A stretch of 64,000 nucleotides of DNA from Nitrososphaeria archaeon. Lineage in GTDB: Archaea; Thermoproteota; Nitrososphaeria; JACIWG01. Below the pieces are notes generated by a model. The model was not told the DNA's origin. It searched no databases and saw only the letters and a list, made by a program, of their open reading frames with translations. Position numbers and translations under genes: made by a program. Location: positions 196,514 to 260,513 of the forward strand of contig JARVJP010000009.1 in assembly GCA_029776065.1 (NCBI GenBank), written 5' to 3'. Positions within the stretch are counted from its first letter, which is position 1. Each line of letters opens with the position of its first letter. Below, one piece after another: positions 9,711 to 19,381 of the stretch.

Positions 9711-10845
9711 GAAATATTATTACGGTTTTATTACAAAATTAAGAGTTCCCAGCAGACTACCTGAAAGAGAAATTGGTTACTTGACTTTCTCTCCTGAAAG
9801 AATGGTTCGTCATTTAGCGCTTAAAAGCGAAGGCGAATTAAGAGCTCTTATATTGCATGAAGTTCCTAAAGCGTTATATTATTCTTCAGCATATTATGAT
9901 GACCCTTCAGCGCCAATTAATGAGAGAATATGGAAAGGCGCAGATCTAATATTCGATATCGACTTGGATCATTTACCTTACGAAGAGAATCTAATGACTT
10001 CATTTTATATATGCCCTATATGCAAAAACATGTTTGATAATCTAATAAATAAGAATTGTCCCAACTGTAATTCTCAAACTATTGAAGAAGTTAAGATCGC
10101 TACAAAGAAAGGCCTTGAATCTTGTAAAAAAGAAATAATCAAACTAACTGAAATTCTAGAAAAAGACTTTGGCCTTTTAAAGGACAATTTTTGTATTTAT
10201 TTTTCAGGAAAAAGAGGATATCATTTAACAGTAGAAGGGTCAAAATATGAAATAGCAGATCAACCCTTTAGAATCGAACTATCTGACTACTTAACTCTTA
10301 ATGGTTTTAAAATAAATAGGATTCTAAATGAAAACATTTCCATTGAACAACAGATCCACCAATTTCCGTCCCCATGGGAAAGAGGGTGGTTGGGTCGCTT
10401 CTCTAGAGAATACATTAAAAGTACTTTTAGCGATTTTATAAATCACGATGAAGACTCATTTAGAAAGATTTTGCTTTCTATTTTATCTAGCTCTAAGCAT
10501 GAAAACCTCTTATCCTCCTTAGAGTCAATAAAAAAGCGTCTAAGTGTTAAAATAGATGTAGCAGTTACAACAGATGTGCATCGAATTTTCCGAATGCCAG
10601 ACACTCTGCATGGTGGTACAGGACTAGTAAAAAAGAAAGTTGACGAAATAGACAAGTTTTCTCCTTTAACAGATGCAGTGGTTCTTTCCGATGAACCTAC
10701 TAAAATACATGTTCTTTATTCCCCAAAACTTGAATTAAAAGACACCTTTTATGGGCCATATAAGAACGAGGACATTACTCTTCCTGAATATGTCGCCACT
10801 TTTCTGGTAGCAATGGGGTTGGCCCAAACTATAGAAAATAGTTAA
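9661..10845 (+). CDS. priS: DNA primase small (catalytic) subunit PriS with Zn-binding insertion
   Basis: REIGY, YYSSAYY, DLIFDIDLD, FSGKRGYH, DVAVTTDVHRIFRMP. Confidence 0.95.
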   Translation: MKKVLIEKDTFLKKTFKKYYYGFITKLRVPSRLPEREIGYLTFSPERMVRHLALKSEGELRALILHEVPKALYYSSAYYDDPSAPINERIWKGADLIFDIDLDHLPYEENLMTSFYICPICKNMFDNLINKNCPNCNSQTIEEVKIATKKGLESCKKEIIKLTEILEKDFGLLKDNFCIYFSGKRGYHLTVEGSKYEIADQPFRIELSDYLTLNGFKINRILNENISIEQQIHQFPSPWERGWLGRFSREYIKSTFSDFINHDEDSFRKILLSILSSSKHENLLSSLESIKKRLSVKIDVAVTTDVHRIFRMPDTLHGGTGLVKKKVDEIDKFSPLTDAVVLSDEPTKIHVLYSPKLELKDTFYGPYKNEDITLPEYVATFLVAMGLAQTIENS

Positions 10846-10885
10846 TAGGTGATAAAGGATAAAAGCACTATTATCTAAATCTTTA

Positions 10886-11458
10886 GTGATAAAATTAATG
10901 TCTCTAAATATAGAAGCTCTTTACGAATACCTACTTAATGAAATTCTAAACGCTGATTTGACAAAGATAGATGAATCCCTTTACGAAAATATAGCACTTT
11001 ACTTCAAAAATACTAGAAATGGAGGAAACCAAACCAACACAATAAATAATGTTCTTCTATCTGAAGAACGCTTTCTTGTGATATCTTTAATTAGAAGACT
11101 TGTAGAATTAAGATTTAAAAAAATCCTTTTGGATCCGCAAAGGAAATTATCACTTTCAAACTTGACTGCAGAAGAAACATATCTTTATGAATCCTTCAAG
11201 AGAACTTGTATTTTGATGGATCGTTTTTTGAAGAATATCGAAATGGGTAATATAAATGCACTGCAAGAGGTCAAAAAGAAAGTCATAAAAAGAGCGGTTC
11301 TAGTGAAAATACACTCTGAAATCCCTCCTTTTATGGGCGTTGATCTTCAAAAATATGGTCCTTTTGAACCAGAAGATGTCACAATTATACCTTATACTAA
11401 TATCGAACCCTTTTTAAACAAGTTATCAGTGAGCGAAGGCTGGGTAGAGCTTTCTTGA
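10886..11458 (+). CDS. gins: GINS complex subunit (Gins15/GINS51 type)
   Basis: LRFKKI..NLTAEE..Y, C-terminal FMGVDLQKYGPFEPEDV B-domain; position in priS-rpl44e cluster. Confidence 0.85.
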   Translation: MIKLMSLNIEALYEYLLNEILNADLTKIDESLYENIALYFKNTRNGGNQTNTINNVLLSEERFLVISLIRRLVELRFKKILLDPQRKLSLSNLTAEETYLYESFKRTCILMDRFLKNIEMGNINALQEVKKKVIKRAVLVKIHSEIPPFMGVDLQKYGPFEPEDVTIIPYTNIEPFLNKLSVSEGWVELS

Positions 11459-11736
11459 AAATCCCCAAAGAAATAAAAACTTACTGCCCTAAATGTCGTT
11501 CCCACACTATACATTCTATTGCTGTTTACAAAAAAGGAAAAGAAAGGCGTTCTGCAGCAGGTGCTAGGCATCATGAACAAGACAAAAAAGGTTATGGTGG
11601 TCAAAAATTCCCTGAACTTGTCAGAACCGCCAAAACTACAAAGAAGGTTTCCCTAAAACTTAAATGCAAACAATGCAATAGAATTTTACAAAAACAAGGT
11701 ATAAGACTTAGAAAAGCAGAAATTATCGAAAAGTGA
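11455..11736 (+). CDS. rpl44e: 50S ribosomal protein L44e (eL42)
   Basis: TYCPKC..HT.H, GYGGQKFP, AKTTKK..L.L.C..C. Confidence 0.97.
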   Translation: MKIPKEIKTYCPKCRSHTIHSIAVYKKGKERRSAAGARHHEQDKKGYGGQKFPELVRTAKTTKKVSLKLKCKQCNRILQKQGIRLRKAEIIEK

Positions 11737-11742
11737 CGAACA

Positions 11743-11949
11743 ATGGTAAAAAAGGAAAAAATACTCGTCCCCAAACCTAGAAGTGCCTTCTGTGAAATAG
11801 AATGCAGTAACTGTAAGACTAGAAGGATCATCTTTTCTGCATCTACAACAACTATTAAATGTCCATCATGTAATGCACTCTTATGTGAAAGCCGAGGCGG
11901 CAAGGCAAAGATATATGGTAACATATTAAAAAGGCTAGACTCTGTATAA
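11743..11949 (+). CDS. rps27e: 30S ribosomal protein S27e
   Basis: PKPRS.F..I.C..C...IIFS..C..C...L....GGKAKI. Confidence 0.95.
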   Translation: MVKKEKILVPKPRSAFCEIECSNCKTRRIIFSASTTTIKCPSCNALLCESRGGKAKIYGNILKRLDSV

Positions 11950-12001
11950 ACTATTACAGTTAATTTTATTAATACATATTACAATGATGTTGTGAGTTCA
12001 A

Positions 12002-12753
12002 ATGTTCATTGCAAGAAGTGAAACGCCAGAAGAGTGGAAGGCAATTGCAGTCGCCATTTCTACTATAGTTGAAGAAGCTACATTTGAAGTAACACCCCAA
12101 GGATTAAACTTTAGAGGAATGGACCCATCACATATCGCTCTAATAGACTTAAACTGGCCCAACACCGCCTTTGAAAAATTTGAATGCACTCAACCTGTAA
12201 AAATCGGTGCAAAAATGGATGATTTTGTTAGGCTAATAAAGCGTGCTTCACCTAGTGATAAAGTCGAATTTGAAACAAAGGATGGTAGCCTTCTAATCAA
12301 ATTCTTCGATTCCTATAAAAAAGAATACTTGCTGCATTTAATTGAGCCCTATACTACTTCAACCCCTTTGCCCAAGCTCGCCTTAAATTCGAAAGTCATG
12401 ATAAAAACTAAATCCTTGGAAAAATTATTGGATGATATTCAAGTGGTTGCTGAAACAGTTACCGTCTCAGCAAAAAAAGATCAACTTATACTAGAAGGCC
12501 AAGGAGACACCGGGAACGCAAAAATAACTTTAGATAAAACGAATGAAGATCTGATATCAATTGATGTGAAGGAAGAATGTGTTGCGACCTATAGCCTATC
12601 ACACCTTCTTGATATAATTAGTTCTCTAACATCGGTATCTGAAAATAGATCGTATTGATAGAGTTTTCTACAAAAATGCCAATCAAACTAAACTTCAAAA
12701 TAGGCGCATATGGAATAGACTTTTGTTATTATCTTGCCCCAAGGATAGAATAG
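12002..12753 (+). CDS. pcn: PCNA sliding clamp; frame broken at ~12647-12651
   Basis: MDPSHIALIDL N-terminus; C-terminus VLIEFSTKMPIKLNF..YYLAPRIE* is in the -1 frame (12652-12753). Confidence 0.93.
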
Positions 12754-12788
12754 ATTCAAAAGTTATAACACCCTACTATTTACCTTAA

Positions 12789-13580
12789 TTGAATATGATG
12801 TCAGAAAGGGAACTAATGTTACCTGAAGAAGGTGAAGTCGTTCTAGCTACTATAACAGAGATTACTCCTTATGGTGCTTATGCAACTTTAGATGAATACA
12901 AGAATATAAAGGGATTTTTACATATTTCCGAAATTTCATCAGGTTGGGTAAAGCACATAGAAAGATTTATTCAAATTGGTCAAAAAACTATTTTAAAGGT
13001 TATTAGAATTAATAAGATTAGAAAAGAAGTTGACTTATCACTTCGAAGGCTTACTGAAGAAGAAAGACGTGACAAACTAATTCTCATAAAAAAGGAAGAG
13101 AAAAGTAAAAGCGTAATGAAAAAAGTCGCACTAGATCTACAATTATCTGAAAATCAATTTTCAAGTTATATTGGAAAAATCCTGTCAGAATACTCATCTT
13201 TGTACGCAATGATTGACTCCTTATTAGATAAAGGGCCTTCTGTTTTAACAAAACTTTCATTTCCAGAAGAATTTGCGCAAAGAGTTTATTTGACTGCTAA
13301 GGAGAAACTTTCCCCACCGCCTGTCACAATTAATGAAATTATACAACTTTCTTGTTTGGAACCGAACGGCTTAGATGTAATAAAACAAATACTTGGTTCT
13401 TTAAAGGTTGAACATGAAGATACTAAAATATCTATAAAATATGTGAGTGCACCTAACTATAGGTTATCAATAACAGCTCCGAACTATAAAATTGCTGAGC
13501 ATAGCCTAAGAAAGGTAAATGAAATTCTTCAGAAAGAATCCAAAAAGTTTAAGTGTACTTTTGCTGTGAAAAGAGTTTGA
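12789..13580 (+). CDS. eif2a: Translation initiation factor aIF2 alpha
   Basis: PEEGEVV S1 domain, FLHISEISSGWVK, VDLSLRR, APNYRL. Confidence 0.95.
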   Translation: MNMMSERELMLPEEGEVVLATITEITPYGAYATLDEYKNIKGFLHISEISSGWVKHIERFIQIGQKTILKVIRINKIRKEVDLSLRRLTEEERRDKLILIKKEEKSKSVMKKVALDLQLSENQFSSYIGKILSEYSSLYAMIDSLLDKGPSVLTKLSFPEEFAQRVYLTAKEKLSPPPVTINEIIQLSCLEPNGLDVIKQILGSLKVEHEDTKISIKYVSAPNYRLSITAPNYKIAEHSLRKVNEILQKESKKFKCTFAVKRV

Positions 13581-13748
13581 GTGTATACGAAGTCCCTACT
13601 AAGGAAATGTGTTAAATGCTCTGTTTACACGTTAAAGGAAAATTGCCCTAAATGTGGTTCAAAAACAATAATTCCACACCCTGCCAAGTTCTCTCCAGAT
13701 GACAAATATGCTTATTTAAAAGCCAAGTTGAAACATTCTAAACCTTAA
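13581..13748 (+). CDS. nop10: H/ACA RNP protein Nop10 (below ORF-track cutoff)
   Basis: MYTKSLLRKCVKCSVYTLKENCPKCGSKTIIPHPAKFSPDDKYAYLK; follows aIF2a. Confidence 0.93.
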   Translation: MYTKSLLRKCVKCSVYTLKENCPKCGSKTIIPHPAKFSPDDKYAYLKAKLKHSKP

Positions 13749-15825
13749 GCTTGTAGACCAATACTTGGCCGTTAGATTCGAAGGACGAACTATATTCTAG
13801 TTCAAAATATTTACTATTCTCCTTTCCTATTTTTTGATTATAAGAATGTGCAGTTATAATTTGATTGCCATATTGTATTGGTGTTGGGATAAAGGGCAAC
13901 ATTTTACCTAAGAGCGTTTCTTCCCAAAAATAATTTGTTGGCTGATTATTAACATCATCATAGTATAGTGTATAATTAAGTCCCGCGATTTTAGCCATCC
14001 AAGTAAATTTGCTTTCTTCTCCTCCTCCTCCAATTAAGTAAAGTCCCTCTTGGAATTTATGGTAGGTCACCACATAAACGACCACATAAATGTTCCTCTT
14101 ATTAGGTGCCAAATCTTTTATTATCTTGACAGCTTCCTCCTCTGAAGACAAAAACATCTTGCCCACTAAACCGACCTTGGTTGTGTTGATTGTGGCATTA
14201 TCAACTAAAGTAGTTCTATTACCTATTACTCTTATCCAATAACCATAATCCCACCACGATATTATAATTGAATCCTCTGGGGTGTTTTCTCTAATGTATG
14301 ATAATGCATCAATCCAATCTGAGCTTATAGCTTTAGTTGATAGTGATCCTGATGCTAAAGAGACAGGTTGATCTGCATATCTAATCCATATGCTACTGTT
14401 AAATACTAATATAATGATCAAAAAGGCGATAAAAATTATTTTAAAGTCGGTATTAGATACGCTTCCTCCCTTCTTTTTAGTAGAAAACTGGATTTGCTGT
14501 GTAAACAAGGATCTTATTATCACCAATATTCCTATAGCAGCGAGTATAGAAACACTGAAAGTGAGGTAAATCATCAATCTACCAAACGAAGCTGCAAAGT
14601 ACAACGCTGTTATAGCGAACATTATCGCTGATAATTTTTTGAACTCTACTTTTCTAAATATATAATATATGCTGAATCCTGCGAAGAAAAGCATTACAGA
14701 AAAGAAAGCAAAATATTCTACAGAGGTTGCTGAAGCGTGTTCAGCAACCGATTCTACTATAGGTTCTGCAGATCTTTCAAAGGGGAAAAGGACTGTCAAA
14801 TATCTTTTGGTGAGTCCTCCTACAGTTCCAAATCCTAAAAGAACAACTCCAATTAGAAAGGAGAGCAGTACAGAATAGAATTTATCTTTAATAGTTATTG
14901 AGAGAACACTTTTTTGTCTGATCATCAGTGTAAAACAACTCAGTAGTGCAGCATAAATTACAATATTAGAGGGATTTATTAGTACCATATATCCTGGTTT
15001 CTTAAACATCATGCTAATTAGAAGATTCCATACTAATAGTATAATCGCTTTTTCAAATAACGATTCATAAGATGTAACAAAGAATAGTGCAACAAAAAGA
15101 ATGATGCCTACAGTTCCAACAAAATACATAGCACCGCCCCAAATAGTCATTGAAAGTCCTAGTAAAATTCCTGCTATTGATGCTTTAATAATACTTAACA
15201 AGGTGGTTCTTTCCTCTTTTATAAAAGAAATAAGAAGGAGTAATGTAATTATTCCAAACAAATATGCAATAGGCTCTGTATCCCACCATCCAAATGCGTC
15301 TCTTGAAACTAGTGGTGGTGAAACTGCGGAAATAACTCCTGCAAATATGCCAACTGATTCTCCATCGATTTCTTTACCCAAAAAATAGATTGCTATAGAA
15401 ATGAATCCACCAATAACAACTGGCAACAAAACTAGATAATCATAAAGGCTAACATTGACTCTTAAAATGTCCCTTAAAATGATGTATGATAATGCCCCTA
15501 TATAATGAAGCCCACTAAAGGAGGTAGCAGCAACATTTCTTCCTTCAGGGTACCAAGCCATCAAGTCTATCCAATTAAAATAATCAAATAGACCACCAAA
15601 ACCCTTTTGGTCAAAACTTTTGACTATGTAATCTGTTGATAAGTATTGAAAGTAAGGGTCAAATTCGTTTATGTAGAAACCATACTTTCCTGAAAATAAT
15701 CTCGTACCTGTACTTAAAACAAAGATTATCACAATAGCGTAAATTAAAATCATCTTCTCTCTTTTTATTTCAGGTCTTTTAGGTAACCTTTCTTTAGAAA
15801 AAATTCTTTTAAGTTTTGGGTTCAT
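13738..15825 (-). CDS. aglB: Oligosaccharyltransferase AglB/STT3
   Basis: EFDPYF, WYPEGR, SVAEH, WWDYG, DNATIN; many TM helices. Confidence 0.95.
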   Translation of the reverse strand: MNPKLKRIFSKERLPKRPEIKREKMILIYAIVIIFVLSTGTRLFSGKYGFYINEFDPYFQYLSTDYIVKSFDQKGFGGLFDYFNWIDLMAWYPEGRNVAATSFSGLHYIGALSYIILRDILRVNVSLYDYLVLLPVVIGGFISIAIYFLGKEIDGESVGIFAGVISAVSPPLVSRDAFGWWDTEPIAYLFGIITLLLLISFIKEERTTLLSIIKASIAGILLGLSMTIWGGAMYFVGTVGIILFVALFFVTSYESLFEKAIILLVWNLLISMMFKKPGYMVLINPSNIVIYAALLSCFTLMIRQKSVLSITIKDKFYSVLLSFLIGVVLLGFGTVGGLTKRYLTVLFPFERSAEPIVESVAEHASATSVEYFAFFSVMLFFAGFSIYYIFRKVEFKKLSAIMFAITALYFAASFGRLMIYLTFSVSILAAIGILVIIRSLFTQQIQFSTKKKGGSVSNTDFKIIFIAFLIIILVFNSSIWIRYADQPVSLASGSLSTKAISSDWIDALSYIRENTPEDSIIISWWDYGYWIRVIGNRTTLVDNATINTTKVGLVGKMFLSSEEEAVKIIKDLAPNKRNIYVVVYVVTYHKFQEGLYLIGGGGEESKFTWMAKIAGLNYTLYYDDVNNQPTNYFWEETLLGKMLPFIPTPIQYGNQIITAHSYNQKIGKENSKYFELEYSSSFESNGQVLVYKLKV

Positions 15826-15867
15826 GCTCTTGCCTCTACCTTAAAATGATTATAAAGTTAAAGATTT

Positions 15868-17001
15868 TCAACAGACCAATTTCAATACTTTTTCTGTATT
15901 ATAGTCTACTAACACACGTACATATCCTTGAAATAATTTTCTGACCACCACATCGTCTATATCTGCAACTAGATATCCTCTTTTAATACTAGCTAATTTT
16001 CTTTCTGTTGCTAATACTATTAGACCGTTTTTTCCAACTTCTTTTAATATCTTTGATGATATTTGTTGGTTTCCTCGACCAAGTATAATTCCTTGACCCC
16101 CTAATGGACTCACAACAATTTTTGCTTTTTTTCCTTTTATAATATCTAAAATTTGTTCCTCATTAACATCTCTTCCTACGACAGTTTTATTATATAATAT
16201 ATCTACTCCTAGAAGAGTACTTGGTTGCTTTAGTTCTTTCAATATTGCTTTAACAGTTGTACCAGGGCCTAATATGTAGTAGGTATCTTCTTCCATTTTT
16301 TCTAAAAAATATTTCACAATTCTTTTTTGATATTCCCAATCGATGTTTGATAATCCATTTTTCGTTCCTTGTATGTTCTCGAGTTTTGAAAGCGTTAAAG
16401 CATAGCCATAAATTTTAGGTTTAAATTTATTTAGCCGATAATCTGTCTCATCGACATCTATTATCTCTACTTCATCTAATTCATATTCTCCATTTAAGAA
16501 GTCAGCGAACATTCGTATTGAAGAACTTAATGTAACACAAAAAATGCCACTATACATCTTCACACCTGACGGTATTCCTATTAGAGGTACTTTATTTCTA
16601 ACAACGTTGAATATATCGCGAGCAGTACCGTCCCCCCCTACAAAAAATATGGCTTCTACACCATTTTCAAGCATTTTTTGACAAGATTTATTTGTATCCT
16701 CTCTAGTACTTATGTTACCTTTGTATTTGTAAATTACATTATAATCTATTCCTTTGTTTATGAGGTAATCCTCTCCCATTTTTAAGTTACAAGTATAAAA
16801 TCGGAAATTTCTTTTCCTTAAATTCTTAATTCCTTCTATAAATTCAAATGCCCTGATTTGTGATTTTGGTTCAACGTTTTTTACAATCGATAAAGCTATG
16901 GTCTTTTGGTCATCAGTGCCCTTTAATCCCAATACGCCGCTTGGTTCCCTTTACGGGTCTAACCCGGCTATTGGATTAACTAAGAATCCAATCTTTCTCA
17001 T
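15868..17001 (-). CDS. ATP-NAD/AcoX-family kinase (COG3199-like), join(17001..16959,16940..15868), 371 aa after splicing
   Basis: Spliced N-terminus MRKIGFLVNPIAGLGGVLGLKGTD; GGDGTARD, GIPSGVKMYSG, LGPGTT, GGQGIILGRGNQQIS, ATERKL. Confidence 0.9.
16941..16958 (-). other. 18-nt BHB (tRNA-type) intron in mRNA
   Basis: RNA GCCG-GGUU-AG^A-CCC-GUAAA-GGG-AACC-AA^G-CGGC is a strict hBHBh'; contains in-frame UAA; removal restores a conserved motif. Confidence 0.88.
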
Positions 17002-17053
17002 ACATGTATACACTTTAGAGGTATTATTTTTAAGTCTATCTTTAATATGTCAT

Positions 17054-17656
17054 GTGCGGTATTATTTGAAGATAATAACAATAGAAGGAATAGATCAATC
17101 AGGGAAAAAGACCCAATCGAACTTAGTGGTAAGCCGACTAAAAAAAATGGGAGTAAATGCTATTAGGATCTCTTTTCCCGATTATGAAACTCCAGTAGGT
17201 CAACTAATAAAGAGAATATTATCAGAAGAGGTTCAAGTTCCAATAGAAGTCAAGCATATTCTTTTGTCTGCAAATAGATGGGAACTTAAACCAAAAATTG
17301 AACAGTTAATAAAACAACATTACATAATCGTATTTGATCGTTATTATCAATCAAATTTAGCCTATGGTATGGCTAATAACCTTCCCTTAAGTTGGTTAGA
17401 AAACTTAGATTCAGCTTTACCTCGATCAGACTTAACAATTTTAATAGACATCCTTCCGGAAGTCTCTTTTAGGAGGAAAGAAAACAATCGCGATGCCCAC
17501 GAAAAAGATATAGACTATTTGTCAAGAGTTCGAGCTTGCTTTATAGCATTAGCAAAGAGATATGATTGGGTGATTATCGATGGAGACCAATCAGTTGAAA
17601 AAGTGCATGAAAGTATTTGGCAAATAGTTTCCGAAAGATTAAAACATAACCTATAA
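17054..17656 (+). CDS. tmk: Thymidylate kinase
   Basis: IEGIDQSGKKTQ P-loop, SFPDY, ANRWE, DRYYQS; start GTG 17054 or TTG 17066. Confidence 0.92.
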   Translation: MRYYLKIITIEGIDQSGKKTQSNLVVSRLKKMGVNAIRISFPDYETPVGQLIKRILSEEVQVPIEVKHILLSANRWELKPKIEQLIKQHYIIVFDRYYQSNLAYGMANNLPLSWLENLDSALPRSDLTILIDILPEVSFRRKENNRDAHEKDIDYLSRVRACFIALAKRYDWVIIDGDQSVEKVHESIWQIVSERLKHNL

Positions 17657-17669
17657 CTCTCCTTTCATA

Positions 17670-18959
17670 ATGGAACTGTTAGAAATTAAGGATCCTGTTC
17701 ATGGGTACATTAAGTTAACTGAATTAGAACAAAATATAATTGACACAAATGAATTTCAAAGACTAAGAAGAATAAGACAACTTTCAGGTGCACACTTCGC
17801 ATACCCAACCGCAATGCATACAAGGTTCTGTCATTCTCTAGGTGTATTGCATCTTGCTGGTTACATAGGGGATCTTTTCATTTCTAAAAAGATATTATTG
17901 AAAGATGATGTGCAAAAGATAAGGGTTGCAGCTCTTCTACATGATGTAGGTCATGGCCCATTTTCGCACTTATTTGAAGAAGTCATCTACTCTAAGAGAA
18001 ATATCACACACGAAGATCTGACTAAGAGAGTTATTAAAGAAACCATAATAAGGGATATACTTGAAAACTATGGTATAAGCTCGCAAAATATTTCTGATCT
18101 TTCGATAGGGCAGTCAAAAATGGATCCGGCCTTTATGAATGAAATTATTGGGGGTGGATTAAGCGTTGACATTATGGATTACATTCTAAGGGACGCTTAT
18201 TTTACAGGTGTAGAATATGGTAAGATAGATATAAATCGCCTGTTAAATTCATTTGATGTATGTGAAAAGGATGACCGACTGGCCTTGGACCATGCAGCAA
18301 TATACTCCCTCGAATCAATGATGTTTTCAAGATATGAAATGTTCAAAGCCGTCTACTTTCATAAAACTGTTCGCGCAGCTGAAATCATGCTTGTTCATGC
18401 TTTGTCACTTGCAGATGAAGTATTAAATTTCTCAGATCTTAAAAAAATCTCTGATCTAGTTAATTTAGATGATGAATCTATCATCTATAAAATTCTATCT
18501 TCAAATGATCCAAAACTAAAAGACTCACAATCTTTAATCCAAAACGTTTTAAATAGAAAACTTATAAAATGTGTATATGAAAAAGTTGTTCATAGAAAAG
18601 ATCCTTTAGTATATCAAATTCTCACCCAAAAAGACGTTCGTGATACGCTTATTCATTCCATAAGCTCAAAGGCCAACGTACCCGAAAGATCTATTTATGT
18701 AGATGTTCCTACCGCTCCATCCCTTCCTGTCAGTTCAAAACGTGAATCTTTGGTGGATATTTGCGTTTTTACCAGAACTAATAAAGGGAAAAATTTCTGG
18801 ACCATACCATTTCAAGAAAATGTAGTCCTCAACGCGATACACGGATATGTAGATCTGCTTAGAATATATGCTACAGCTGAATATAGGAAAAAAGTTGAAG
18901 CAGTCGTAGACAAGATATTCGGAACAAGTCACGATTTTATATCCAAACTTTCTGTTTGA
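17670..18959 (+). CDS. HD-domain phosphohydrolase (SAMHD1/dNTPase-like)
   Basis: IKDPVHG, FQRLRRIRQL, HTRFCHSLG, LLHDVGHGPFSH, DYILRD, VYFHK. Confidence 0.9.
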   Translation: MELLEIKDPVHGYIKLTELEQNIIDTNEFQRLRRIRQLSGAHFAYPTAMHTRFCHSLGVLHLAGYIGDLFISKKILLKDDVQKIRVAALLHDVGHGPFSHLFEEVIYSKRNITHEDLTKRVIKETIIRDILENYGISSQNISDLSIGQSKMDPAFMNEIIGGGLSVDIMDYILRDAYFTGVEYGKIDINRLLNSFDVCEKDDRLALDHAAIYSLESMMFSRYEMFKAVYFHKTVRAAEIMLVHALSLADEVLNFSDLKKISDLVNLDDESIIYKILSSNDPKLKDSQSLIQNVLNRKLIKCVYEKVVHRKDPLVYQILTQKDVRDTLIHSISSKANVPERSIYVDVPTAPSLPVSSKRESLVDICVFTRTNKGKNFWTIPFQENVVLNAIHGYVDLLRIYATAEYRKKVEAVVDKIFGTSHDFISKLSV

Positions 18960-19378
18960 ACTAATTCATTTAAGTTATCTGCTAAAAGTAGTCTTCCTTC
19001 CTTCCCATTTACAGCACAATATTTGCTAAAAATTGGAATTTTTTCATACCTTATTCCATCTATTAAAGGGATATTTGAAATTGCACAACCTGCAACTAGC
19101 ATCGAATCTGCTTTATAACAGATTATTGCTCTAGGTCCAACTCCTTTCCTACCTATTGTATAAATTATGTATGCGCCTACAGTACTTCCTACCGATTCAG
19201 TGATGTAAAGAATTTTTTCCGATATCTTCTTCTTGTATAAATCACTCTTAGGATCAATCACTATTCCCGTATTCTTATCTATACCACCTAAAAAGGAGAG
19301 CGTATTTTTTGAAATCAAAATTTCCCCCATCGCCACTCCTTCAACTATTCCCCTACCTTTAAGTTGCAAAAGTACCAT
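18929..19378 (-). CDS. Aconitase X swivel subunit (DUF126), probable phosphomevalonate dehydratase small subunit
   Basis: LSFLGGID..TG, GSTVG, PRAII, GCAISNIP. Confidence 0.85.
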   Translation of the reverse strand: MVLLQLKGRGIVEGVAMGEILISKNTLSFLGGIDKNTGIVIDPKSDLYKKKISEKILYITESVGSTVGAYIIYTIGRKGVGPRAIICYKADSMLVAGCAISNIPLIDGIRYEKIPIFSKYCAVNGKEGRLLLADNLNELVQTESLDIKS

Positions 19379-19381
19379 AAT

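Noticed and set aside
12620-12665. Possible BHB intron explaining the PCNA frameshift (hairpin ATCT-GAAAAT-AGAT inside CTCTA/TAGAG)
   Set aside because: The best BHB register has a poor central helix and excises 19 nt, which gives the wrong frame; the protein pattern needs only 5 nt removed
16951-16953. Stop-codon readthrough or simple pseudogene for the in-frame TAA in the kinase gene
   Set aside because: Readthrough would leave a 6-residue insertion in the conserved glycine loop; the rest of the ORF is intact and BHB excision restores the motif exactly
16898-17053. N-terminal extension of tmk in the ORF track
   Set aside because: It is antisense to the real first exon and intron of the kinase gene; TMK homology starts near 17066
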